From IMG/VR virus record IMGVR_UViG_3300017913_000829, positions 1-36,906 of that record: DNA of 36,906 nucleotides, one strand, 5' to 3'. The notes beneath the pieces were generated by a model. That model ran no database searches. It worked only from the letters and a program-made list of their open reading frames with translations, and was not told where the DNA came from. Below, piece by piece: positions 8,993-16,347 of this stretch; the first letter of the stretch is position 1, and each line of letters opens with the position of its first letter. The DNA comes from a virus (Duplodnaviria > Caudoviricetes). The translations under genes and the position numbers were made by a program.

Positions 8993-10642
8993 ATGGCACG
9001 CACAGCACTCGAGATATTCCAAGCAGGCAAGCGCGCAGTTGAAGCGGGCGACATGAATGCGGCCAGAAAGCTCAAACGGATGCATCAGGAAGCGGTGCAA
9101 CGCGAAGCCGCAGAGCGCAGCGTTGCGGGCGAAGCTGCGTACGCAGGCGGTGCGGGCGTCGTTCGAGGGGCCGCTGAAGGCGCAAGCGTCGGCAGCCGCA
9201 TTCTAGATTTCATGCAGTTTGGCATTCCTGCTTACATTGCTGAAAATGTTTTAGGAGCCGAAAACGTAGAAGTGCCAGAGAGCGATCCCGGCGCATTGCG
9301 TCGTATAGCCTCGGACGTCACAGGCGGATACAGCGAATATCAAAGCCCGCGCTTTGTTGGCCAAGTTGCTGGCACTGGCGGCGAGTTTGTTGGCGGCGGC
9401 TTAACGATGCCAATCGGAGGGCCAGTTCGAGCGGCCGCTCAGTCTGTAGTGCCGGGCGTTGCAAGCGAGCTCGCGGGTCAAGCAGCGCAAGCCTATGCGC
9501 CAGAATATGAGGGCGCAGCTCGCTTAGTTGGCGCCCTTGGTGCGCCGTTCGCGACTGAGGGACTAAAGGCAGGCGCGCGTCGTGCGTTGACTGGCGGCGA
9601 AGCTCGCTTGGGTCGTGTTGGATCTGAACGAGCGCGCTCAATTCAGGCGCTAGAAGCGGCAGACGTTCCGCTGACCGCAGGACAAAAGTACGGCTCGACA
9701 TCGTTGATGCGCTTAGAAGGCGTTGAGGCGACCGACATCGAAACAATGGAAGGCATTTCTCAACAGGTAATGCGCCTGATGGGGTCAGACGCGCCCAAAG
9801 CGACGCGCTCAGCGATGCTAGAGCGCAAGCAGGCACTCGGAGACGTTTTCGAGCGTGCAGAGGCTGTGGCGGGCGATATTCCGACAGCGCAGGATGTGAC
9901 AGACATGGCGCGCGTTGCGCAACGCTTCCAAGATGCAAGCGGTGATGCAATGCCTCGTATCGTGAAGCAAGCGCTAGAGCGCATCGATGAGGCGGCTAAT
10001 ACTGGCGTACCTCTATCTGGCACAATGTTATCTGACTTCCGCACACGACTGAGCGATGTCATTGAAACAACGCTCGGCGACGAGCGTGCGGTCGCAGCCA
10101 TGGGTGCAAAAGAGGTCATCGACAACATCATTGAGCGCAGCGTCAAACGCCAAGATCCAGATTTGTTCCGCGAGCTTGTGACAGCGCGTGAGCAATATCG
10201 CGCATTCTTGACAGGCATGCGTGCGCTAAATCGCCAAGGCACGGACATCCGAGGCGGCATCATATCACCAGCGGCGTTGAGTAGCGCAGCCCGCATCCGA
10301 GAGGGCACAAAGTATCTGACTGGCACAGGATCACCATTGGGTGAGTTTGCGTTTGCGGCCGAGGAAATCGCGTCTAGCTTGCCTGCCGTCATGGCTGGCG
10401 GTGCTCGTACCGTGCAGGGCATGGGCGGCTTTGGTGGCGCTGTTCTTGGCGCAGAGGCGTTCTCCACACCGACAGCGGCCGCACTTGGCGGATTGGCGGG
10501 GATCGCTGCGCCGCGTATCGCTCAGTCGATCGTGCGCTCTGGTCCGGTGCAGCGCGGGCTTATGCCGCCAGAGCAAGTATTGTCGACCCGCCTGATTGAG
10601 CGACTAGCGCGTCAGCCCGGCGGGTTACTCGCGATCGATTAA
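8993..10642 (+). CDS. Putative large ejection (DNA transfer) protein
   Basis: 549 aa, A/G-rich and helical, with hydrophobic glycine-rich segments; last gene of the structural run. Confidence 0.65.
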   Translation: MARTALEIFQAGKRAVEAGDMNAARKLKRMHQEAVQREAAERSVAGEAAYAGGAGVVRGAAEGASVGSRILDFMQFGIPAYIAENVLGAENVEVPESDPGALRRIASDVTGGYSEYQSPRFVGQVAGTGGEFVGGGLTMPIGGPVRAAAQSVVPGVASELAGQAAQAYAPEYEGAARLVGALGAPFATEGLKAGARRALTGGEARLGRVGSERARSIQALEAADVPLTAGQKYGSTSLMRLEGVEATDIETMEGISQQVMRLMGSDAPKATRSAMLERKQALGDVFERAEAVAGDIPTAQDVTDMARVAQRFQDASGDAMPRIVKQALERIDEAANTGVPLSGTMLSDFRTRLSDVIETTLGDERAVAAMGAKEVIDNIIERSVKRQDPDLFRELVTAREQYRAFLTGMRALNRQGTDIRGGIISPAALSSAARIREGTKYLTGTGSPLGEFAFAAEEIASSLPAVMAGGARTVQGMGGFGGAVLGAEAFSTPTAAALGGLAGIAAPRIAQSIVRSGPVQRGLMPPEQVLSTRLIERLARQPGGLLAID

Positions 10643-10827
10643 CTAGACTTCTTGGCTCGCGTTTTTCTCGCGGGCTTTTTCTCTTCTGCGGGTGCAATGA
10701 TTTCGTCTTTAAAACGATTAAGAAGCTCTGCTGCTGTCTCGCACGCTCGAAACACAGCAAACACGTTTGCGGATCGATGCGGCTGGCGTAATACGTTTAA
10801 AAGCTCTTTGTATTCATGTTCTTGCAT
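10639..10827 (-). CDS. Small hypothetical protein with a basic tail (62 aa)
   Basis: GAGG upstream of ATG 10827; the stop overlaps the stop of the convergent gene. Confidence 0.6.
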   Translation of the reverse strand: MQEHEYKELLNVLRQPHRSANVFAVFRACETAAELLNRFKDEIIAPAEEKKPARKTRAKKSS

Positions 10828-10871
10828 TTCTTTTTCCTCTGCTAAGTGCGGCAAGCCTACGCCATATGTAG

Positions 10872-10900
10872 TTGAAAAGCAAACTAGCGTGCTATATGTT
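10872..10900 (+). promoter_or_regulatory. Sigma70-type promoter TTGAAA-N17-TATGTT
   Basis: -35 at 10872-10877 and -10 at 10895-10900, with 17-bp spacing. Confidence 0.65.
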
Positions 10901-10906
10901 GTGCAT

Positions 10907-10975
10907 ATTCATGGTTAGAGCAACCACTCACTTCACTGCTTCACTGCACTCCCCGCTTCGGCGGGGATTTTTTTT
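10907..10975 (+). ncRNA. Putative ~70-nt trans-acting antisense sRNA
   Basis: Bounded by a promoter and an intrinsic terminator. It has a 5' hairpin TGGTT/AACCA (10912-10926) and an unpaired CTCACTTCACTGCTTCACTGCAC (10927-10949) complementary to several phage RBS regions. The 5' end is estimated. Confidence 0.6.
10950..10975 (+). terminator. Rho-independent terminator
   Basis: TCCCCGC-TTCG-GCGGGGA stem with a cUUCGg loop, followed by T8. Confidence 0.9.
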
Positions 10976-10977
10976 AG

Positions 10978-11008
10978 TTGAAACGGAGTCCGTTAACGCT
11001 TAGTTAAC
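10978..11008 (+). promoter_or_regulatory. Promoter with GTTAAC-N5-GTTAAC operator
   Basis: TTGAAA at 10978; GTTAACgcttaGTTAAC at 10992-11008. Confidence 0.7.
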
Positions 11009-11030
11009 AATAAGAAGTGAAGGAGGAACC

Positions 11031-11210
11031 ATGGAATACATCAAAACACTTGCCGCAGCCGTAAGCTGCACGGTCATCTCAATCGCAGGCCCGTTCGCCT
11101 GCGCATTGGGCATCGAGTACATCTTGCCGGGATTGGGCTACCCTGCGTTGGGCATCGCGTTGGTCGCGTGCCCAGTGCTCGGATGCAAGGCGATGGATCT
11201 GTTTGATTAA
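11031..11210 (+). CDS. 59-aa two-TM membrane protein (absent from the ORF track)
   Basis: AAGGAGG RBS; translates to MEYIKTLAAAVSCTVISIAGPFACALGIEYILPGLGYPALGIALVACPVLGCKAMDLFD. Confidence 0.75.
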   Translation: MEYIKTLAAAVSCTVISIAGPFACALGIEYILPGLGYPALGIALVACPVLGCKAMDLFD

Positions 11211-11327
11211 TCGTGTGGGCGGCGTGCTTGTGATCGGGTTATAGCGGGTCTGGCACAACCAACAAAACGCTGTATGTGTCAGAAAGCCGCCCACGCACAA
11301 TAACTATCAAAACTAGGAGTGAGATCA

Positions 11328-11570
11328 ATGGAATTTTTTACCGCATTCTACTTAGAATACGCAATCATGGGCAGGGATATACAGACGTATATACTCCTGC
11401 CCAGTTCTGAGGCGTGTCAGGTGTTTATCCGGGACAACGAAGACATGGCGGAGTACATGTACGCCGATGGCGACGTTGACATGTACTGCCGCGATACTGG
11501 CGTTTTGTCCAAGTCTATCAGGCCCAAGCTGCGACCCACTGACCTACGTCAAAGCACGGACAAGCCTTAG
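11328..11570 (+). CDS. Hypothetical protein (80 aa)
   Basis: AGGAG RBS before ATG 11328; overlaps the convergent amidase 3' end by 53 nt. Confidence 0.65.
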   Translation: MEFFTAFYLEYAIMGRDIQTYILLPSSEACQVFIRDNEDMAEYMYADGDVDMYCRDTGVLSKSIRPKLRPTDLRQSTDKP

Positions 11571-11958
11571 TCGCATAATCGTTGTGACCCGAGATCGTTG
11601 AGATCGTCGGAAACTCTTGCTGTAAGCTCTCGATCAGGGCTTGCAGCTCACGCGCTTGATCGACGGTGTAGTTATCCATGAACACGTCGTCAGCGCAGCC
11701 TCCACGCCCGCCTACGAGCGCAATGCCAATCGTTGTCTTGTTGTGCCCGCGTGTGTGCGCCCCGCTGCGCGTGATCGGGCGTCCAGCCGCGATCTGGCCA
11801 TTACGATGCACGACGAAGTGATAGCCAATGTCGGACCATCCGCGCTCGGTCGTGTGCCACCGGCGGATCTCCTTTACGACATCCGCTGCGTCTTTGTCTG
11901 CGTACCAGTTCGGATTGGTCGCCGTTGCGTGTATTACGATTTCGTCAATGTGTCTCAT
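11518..11958 (-). CDS. Endolysin, N-acetylmuramoyl-L-alanine amidase (T7 lysozyme/Amidase_2 type)
   Basis: Zinc-amidase motifs IVIHATAT, GWSDIGYHF, GAHTRGHN and GHNDYATKACPCF; start placed at the ATGA overlap. Confidence 0.92.
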   Translation of the reverse strand: MRHIDEIVIHATATNPNWYADKDAADVVKEIRRWHTTERGWSDIGYHFVVHRNGQIAAGRPITRSGAHTRGHNKTTIGIALVGGRGGCADDVFMDNYTVDQARELQALIESLQQEFPTISTISGHNDYATKACPCFDVGQWVAAWA

Positions 11959-12308
11959 TTTTTCTTTCCTCCAAGTCCCCGCATTGTTCTTATCCCAAAG
12001 GATGCGGCAATCGACGCGTACATGCCCCACTGCACCCAGAGGGGTGTCGTCTCAAGATTTGCAAATCCTCGTGCCATTGTATCCTGTAAAGACGGAACAA
12101 AATTAGCAGCAAGGATAAGCACAAACACAATCGTCCAAAGCTCATCTTTCCAACTATCCTTACTGGCCTCGATGGCCGCCTGTTCCCAGTTAATTTCGCC
12201 CGTCGCTTGTTTAAGTTTAATTTCGGCATTGGCCTTTTGAATTGCTGTCTTGCCGTCAATGTACGACGTAGCCAAGCCTGACAGCGCTTGCACGATGCCC
12301 CCGATCAT
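11955..12308 (-). CDS. Putative holin
   Basis: 117 aa; 'SWKDELW' followed by two hydrophobic helices, 'ASFGIR' and a basic tail; directly upstream of the endolysin. Confidence 0.7.
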   Translation of the reverse strand: MIGGIVQALSGLATSYIDGKTAIQKANAEIKLKQATGEINWEQAAIEASKDSWKDELWTIVFVLILAANFVPSLQDTMARGFANLETTPLWVQWGMYASIAASFGIRTMRGLGGKKK

Positions 12309-12511
12309 TTCTTTTGCTCCCCGTTCATCCAGATACCAAAGCAGCCGGTTAGCGCGCCCATGCACACAGAAACAAGACCCGCCTGACCATTTGTGGGCGC
12401 TTCAAGGCCCATGTACCAGTGTACCGATTGATAAGTTAGTATAGTGACGGCTAACATCATAAGCCGTGGGATGACTTTCCAGTCATCAACGAATGTACGA
12501 GCCATTTGCAT
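12305..12511 (-). CDS. Small two-TM membrane protein (holin/antiholin candidate)
   Basis: 68 aa, two hydrophobic segments, GGAG RBS, Met-Gln-Met start. Confidence 0.7.
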   Translation of the reverse strand: MQMARTFVDDWKVIPRLMMLAVTILTYQSVHWYMGLEAPTNGQAGLVSVCMGALTGCFGIWMNGEQKK

Positions 12512-12608
12512 ATCTCTCCGCTATTTCTCGACTGGTCGTGATTATAACGACTTTCCCGCATTTGTCATATACTGCGTACTTCATGTTTCCGATCTGCACC
12601 AATTGCAT
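12486..12608 (-). CDS. 40-aa hypothetical protein
   Basis: MQLVQIGNMKYAVYDKCGKVVIITTSREIAERYANGSYIR; fills the gap and starts immediately after the upstream stop. Confidence 0.45.
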   Translation of the reverse strand: MQLVQIGNMKYAVYDKCGKVVIITTSREIAERYANGSYIR

Positions 12609-13076
12609 TTACCATTTGCCTTGTTGCTTCCCCACGAACCAGAACACAAACGCCATGATAACCGCTGCCAAAACAAAGATAATAAAGCCAAACGTCCACT
12701 CAATGATCGCTTGTTTCATCTTGGCTTTTTTGAAATCGGTTTTCTCCTTTTGCTTTTTCATATCCCGCAGGATCTGCTTGTACTCCTCAAGCCCGGTCGG
12801 GCCGTGTACATAGCGGATCATGTTTTCTAGTTCGGTCTTGAGAGACTGAGCTTTCTTTTTCGCGGCAAAGGCGTTAGCCGCGCGCTCCTCCATTGAGCCG
12901 CTAAATGTCTTGTACCATGGCGGGTTCTTTGCCTGACGCTCTGCTTCGTTAATATCTGCCCACGCGCCTGCAAACTTTGACATGGCTTGTGTGGTGTCGC
13001 GTCCCGCATTGATAAGCTGCCGCATCTGCCCGACGGCTGTGCTGGCAACGCTTAACGCTGTGATTGGATCGATCAT
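12609..13076 (-). CDS. Membrane-anchored coiled-coil protein
   Basis: 155 aa; MIDPIT start; helical body with a single C-terminal TM segment. Confidence 0.75.
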   Translation of the reverse strand: MIDPITALSVASTAVGQMRQLINAGRDTTQAMSKFAGAWADINEAERQAKNPPWYKTFSGSMEERAANAFAAKKKAQSLKTELENMIRYVHGPTGLEEYKQILRDMKKQKEKTDFKKAKMKQAIIEWTFGFIIFVLAAVIMAFVFWFVGKQQGKW

Positions 13077-13234
13077 GCTAGTTCTAACCTCGCTGGGCAG
13101 ATGTACTCTGGGCTTACGCGGTACATTCTATCATAATAACCAAATCTTCGCGACCCGCAGTCATAGTAGCACAATTTGTGAAATCCAAGCGTGAACGTCT
13201 GGCCCCATGCTATAGCGACCAAAGTGCAGATCAT
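13073..13234 (-). CDS. 53-aa Cys-containing hypothetical protein
   Basis: ATGA overlaps at both ends; four Cys (C..CYYDC..CP). Confidence 0.55.
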   Translation of the reverse strand: MICTLVAIAWGQTFTLGFHKLCYYDCGSRRFGYYDRMYRVSPEYICPARLELA

Positions 13235-13398
13235 TTTGCCCGAGACAAAAAGTCTTCCCACATAGGTTTAATCATCTTGTAATTCTCTTCAACCTTGTAC
13301 GTCGTTAGCGTCATCTTTGCGTTCATTTGGTAAAGCTGTAATGATCCCCAGCTTAGCATACCAAGCGCGATAACACCTAAAATTTGCTCGATCTTCAT
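13231..13398 (-). CDS. 55-aa protein with N-terminal TM segment (absent from the ORF track)
   Basis: MKIEQILGVIALGMLSWGSLQLYQMNAKMTLTTYKVEENYKMIKPMWEDFLSRAK; ATGA-coupled on both sides. Confidence 0.65.
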   Translation of the reverse strand: MKIEQILGVIALGMLSWGSLQLYQMNAKMTLTTYKVEENYKMIKPMWEDFLSRAK

Positions 13399-13595
13399 AG
13401 GCCGTCCATCTTCATCAAAACTGCGACAAGCAAACCGATGATTGAGCCAGCGGCTGCAAGCAGAATACTTTCCAAACGCTTCACGCGTGTAAAGAGGTCC
13501 TTGAACTGGATTTTTACCTCAGTTTTTATGGCCACAACTTCCTTTTCCAATCCGTCAATGCGCTCATGCGCGCTGGCTACAGTGCGTCGATCCAT
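13395..13595 (-). CDS. Coiled-coil protein with C-terminal TM segment (XhlA-like architecture)
   Basis: 66 aa; GAGGTAGGA RBS; first gene of the lysis cassette. Confidence 0.75.
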   Translation of the reverse strand: MDRRTVASAHERIDGLEKEVVAIKTEVKIQFKDLFTRVKRLESILLAAAGSIIGLLVAVLMKMDGL

Positions 13596-13657
13596 GTCCT
13601 ACCTCGAGTAACTTTTAACAATTTATAGCATATCGCAAAAAAAATGCACATCCCCCC

Positions 13658-13688
13658 TTGTAACTCTAATTGTTAACATTAAGTTAAC
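13658..13688 (+). promoter_or_regulatory. Promoter with GTTAAC-N5-GTTAAC operator
   Basis: TTGTAA at 13658; GTTAACattaaGTTAAC at 13672-13688; same geometry as 10978-11008. Confidence 0.7.
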
Positions 13689-13714
13689 AGTATAAGAGTG
13701 AAGGAGACAAAAAA

Positions 13715-13957
13715 ATGACAAACACAGCTAAAAAAGTTCGTAAAGGTTTTTACACATACAACGGTCACTTGATCGTAAATCGTGAGCTTGGTGGACAAAA
13801 GCATTGGGCAATTTTTGAAGAAGCACCAGAAGGCTCAGAGCTTCCTATGTCTATGTATCACATCACCAACTTTAACACTAAGCGTGAGTGTGAGCGTCAT
13901 ATTGATGCGCTTACATCATGGGCGCGTCAGCCAGTCACAATCGGTTTAACGTATTAA
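13715..13957 (+). CDS. Hypothetical early protein (80 aa)
   Basis: AAGGAG RBS; first gene after the operator-bearing promoter. Confidence 0.8.
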   Translation: MTNTAKKVRKGFYTYNGHLIVNRELGGQKHWAIFEEAPEGSELPMSMYHITNFNTKRECERHIDALTSWARQPVTIGLTY

Positions 13958-14000
13958 TCAACGGGGCTTCGGCCCCACCTTACAGTGAAGGAGACAGAAA

Positions 14001-14195
14001 ATGACATACATTGATAACGACGATTACTGGGCAAGACAGTGGCAGCTAGAAGCTGAGGCGGAGGAATACGAAATCGAAAAGCAGCGCATTGAGCTACAAA
14101 ACGCATCTGGCGTTGATATGCCAGACTTAGGGCCATATCGCAATTATTTCGATTTCGTAGATTGTAAGTTTGAAAGCACAGAAATCCCATTTTAA
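14001..14195 (+). CDS. Small acidic early protein ending in EIPF
   Basis: AAGGAG RBS; 64 aa, strongly acidic. Confidence 0.75.
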   Translation: MTYIDNDDYWARQWQLEAEAEEYEIEKQRIELQNASGVDMPDLGPYRNYFDFVDCKFESTEIPF

Positions 14196-14205
14196 TTCTG
14201 GCAAG

Positions 14206-14239
14206 TTGATCCCGCTGTTACTTCCATGTTAACAGCGGG
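14206..14239 (+). promoter_or_regulatory. Degenerate operator and 10-bp inverted repeat upstream of the RHH gene
   Basis: TTGATC at 14206; GTTACTtccatGTTAAC at 14217-14233, within CCCGCTGTTA...TAACAGCGGG. Confidence 0.55.
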
Positions 14240-14258
14240 GAAACATATGGAGATACCA

Positions 14259-14435
14259 ATGATCACACCAGTTTCACTGAAACCCGCCGAAGAGTTAAAA
14301 CAGATTGGACCGCGCATCAGCGAGACGGTCGCCAAGTCACTAGCGGACTACAGCAAGCGCACCCGGATGCCGCAGGCGCTAATCGTGGAAAGCGCGCTAC
14401 GCGAACTACTAAAGGACGCAGGCTATGACGTCTAA
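14259..14435 (+). CDS. Ribbon-helix-helix (Arc/CopG-like) DNA-binding protein
   Basis: KQIGPRIS strand followed by two helices (ETVAKSLADYSKRT and PQALIVESALRELL); GGAG RBS. Confidence 0.75.
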   Translation: MITPVSLKPAEELKQIGPRISETVAKSLADYSKRTRMPQALIVESALRELLKDAGYDV

Positions 14436-14886
14436 GATTTACGCTGGCATCGATTGCGGATACCGCACTGGCGGTGTGGCGCTGATCGACAAAAGCGGCT
14501 TTGCCGAGGTACACGATTTGCCGACGTATAGCGAAGGCGGGGTCGACATCACGGCGCTGAACGAGATCCTGACAAGCGTCGACATCGATCACATCTTCAT
14601 CGAAAAGCAGCAAGCCATGCCACGCCAAGGCGTGTCGTCGACGTTTAAGCTAGGCTACGCATTCGGGCAGATCGTTACCACAGCCGCGCTTACACGCACG
14701 CCGTACACGATCCTATCGCCCGCTGGCTGGAAGAAGGGCTTACGCTTACCCAGTGACAAAGACGCAGCGCGCAGGCTTGCGCAGCAATGGTATCCGAAAG
14801 TCGCGGATCAATTCACACGCAAAAAAGACGAGCACCGCGCTGAGGCGTTGTTAATCGCACACTACGGAGCTTTGCTAGATGGCTAA
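14425..14886 (+). CDS. RuvC-like Holliday junction resolvase
   Basis: Catalytic pattern GIDCG, IFIEKQ, SSTFKLG and HRAEALLIA. Confidence 0.88.
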   Translation: MTSKIYAGIDCGYRTGGVALIDKSGFAEVHDLPTYSEGGVDITALNEILTSVDIDHIFIEKQQAMPRQGVSSTFKLGYAFGQIVTTAALTRTPYTILSPAGWKKGLRLPSDKDAARRLAQQWYPKVADQFTRKKDEHRAEALLIAHYGALLDG

Positions 14887-15676
14887 TATACGCTACGACA
14901 TGTCGAACGAGGAGTACCACCAGAGCGACGCGCTCAGCGCCTCTGGCGCAAAGACGATCGCGCTCGAAAGCCTATTCGACTTTAAGTACGCTGAACGCGA
15001 ACATAAAACCGCGTTTGACGTAGGGACAGCCACGCACACATTCGTGTTCGAGCCTCAGATCGCCGACACAGTGTGGTGTGGACCAGAGACGCGCCGAGGC
15101 AAGGCGTGGACGGAGATGAAAGCCGCTGCGGATGCCGAAGGCGCACTGCTACTCACGGACAGCGACTATCGTCTAGCCAAGGGCATGGCAGAGGCCGTCC
15201 GCGCCAACCCCGACGCAGCCGAGCTGCTCACGCGTCAAATGACATGCGAGGCAAGCGTATTTGTACGCGATCAAATCTATGGCGTCGACTTGCGAGCCCG
15301 CCCGGACGGATGGCGTAAGGACATCGCAACGCTGATCGACTTGAAAACAACGATTGATCCATCGCCAGAAGGGTTCGCCAAACAAGCGGCCAATCTTGGC
15401 TACCACATACAGGATCAGTTCTACCGCCGGGTGATGACCCTAAGCGGAAACGAGATTGACCGCTTTGTCTTTATCGCGGTAGGAAAGAAAGCACCCCACA
15501 AAGTCGGGGTGTACGAGCTTAACTGGCGCACGCTCGAAGAGGGCAACGCGGCAGTTAAACACGCGCTTGAGCAATACGCGAGAGCGCAGGAAACGGGCAT
15601 TTGGGATTACGGGTATGGCGAGCTTACCACGCTCGAGATACCGCCATATGCCTTCAAATTCACCGAGGCAAACTAA
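14879..15676 (+). CDS. RecE/ExoVIII-like PD-(D/E)xK exonuclease
   Basis: Motifs YH..ALSASG, GTATH, RARPD...IDLKTT and YHIQ..FY. Confidence 0.88.
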   Translation: MANIRYDMSNEEYHQSDALSASGAKTIALESLFDFKYAEREHKTAFDVGTATHTFVFEPQIADTVWCGPETRRGKAWTEMKAAADAEGALLLTDSDYRLAKGMAEAVRANPDAAELLTRQMTCEASVFVRDQIYGVDLRARPDGWRKDIATLIDLKTTIDPSPEGFAKQAANLGYHIQDQFYRRVMTLSGNEIDRFVFIAVGKKAPHKVGVYELNWRTLEEGNAAVKHALEQYARAQETGIWDYGYGELTTLEIPPYAFKFTEAN

Positions 15677-15690
15677 GTCAGGAGACACAC

Positions 15691-16290
15691 ATGCCAATTG
15701 AATTTACGTCTGAAAGCGCAGGCAATACAAACTTTGTCCGCGTCAACCTACCGCAAAACCGGTGGACACTTAAAACCGAAGGCGGCGACGAGCCGATCGA
15801 CATGACGCGCGGCATCGCGATCGACGTGGCCAATGTCGTGTTTGGATGGCTGCACATCGATGTCGGCGTCCGCGACTGGCAACCATGGCCATCGCCTTCA
15901 CAGCAAATCGCAAAGCCAAGCGATCAGCACAAAAAAGGATTTGAGGTAGACTGCTGGATGGGCGACGGCCGTGCCGCGCAGTTCAGCGGTAACTCATACG
16001 GCTTAGGCACGTTTATCGCCAAGCTATACAATCAAGCAGAACAGATGCCAGAGTTTGGCACGCAGATCCCAGTGGTTCAGTGTACAAGCTCAACGCCGGT
16101 CGTGATCGGCAAAGGCACATCGTACGACGTCGGTTTCACTATTGCGAAGTGGATCGATCGTCCTGCGCAGGATGCGGACACGGGTTCCCCTTCCCCCGCA
16201 GCACCCGCTCCTGCGCAACCAACACCAGCGCCAGCGCCTGAACCCGCGCCGGCGGCTGCACCGACAGGAGGCAGCGACTTCGGGTTCTAA
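15691..16290 (+). CDS. Putative single-stranded DNA-binding protein
   Basis: AGGAG RBS; aromatic beta-rich core, P/A linker, terminal DFGF; lies between the exonuclease and primase genes. Confidence 0.6.
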   Translation: MPIEFTSESAGNTNFVRVNLPQNRWTLKTEGGDEPIDMTRGIAIDVANVVFGWLHIDVGVRDWQPWPSPSQQIAKPSDQHKKGFEVDCWMGDGRAAQFSGNSYGLGTFIAKLYNQAEQMPEFGTQIPVVQCTSSTPVVIGKGTSYDVGFTIAKWIDRPAQDADTGSPSPAAPAPAQPTPAPAPEPAPAAAPTGGSDFGF

Positions 16291-16347
16291 CAAAAGTAAT
16301 AACGCGCCTCGCCTAACAGCGGGGCGTAACCACATCAGGAAGTGAGC

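Noticed and set aside
10911-11003. 30-codon ORF (MVRATTHFT...) over the sRNA candidate
   Set aside because: It has no SD and runs through the terminator and the next promoter; a near-leaderless peptide cannot be fully excluded.
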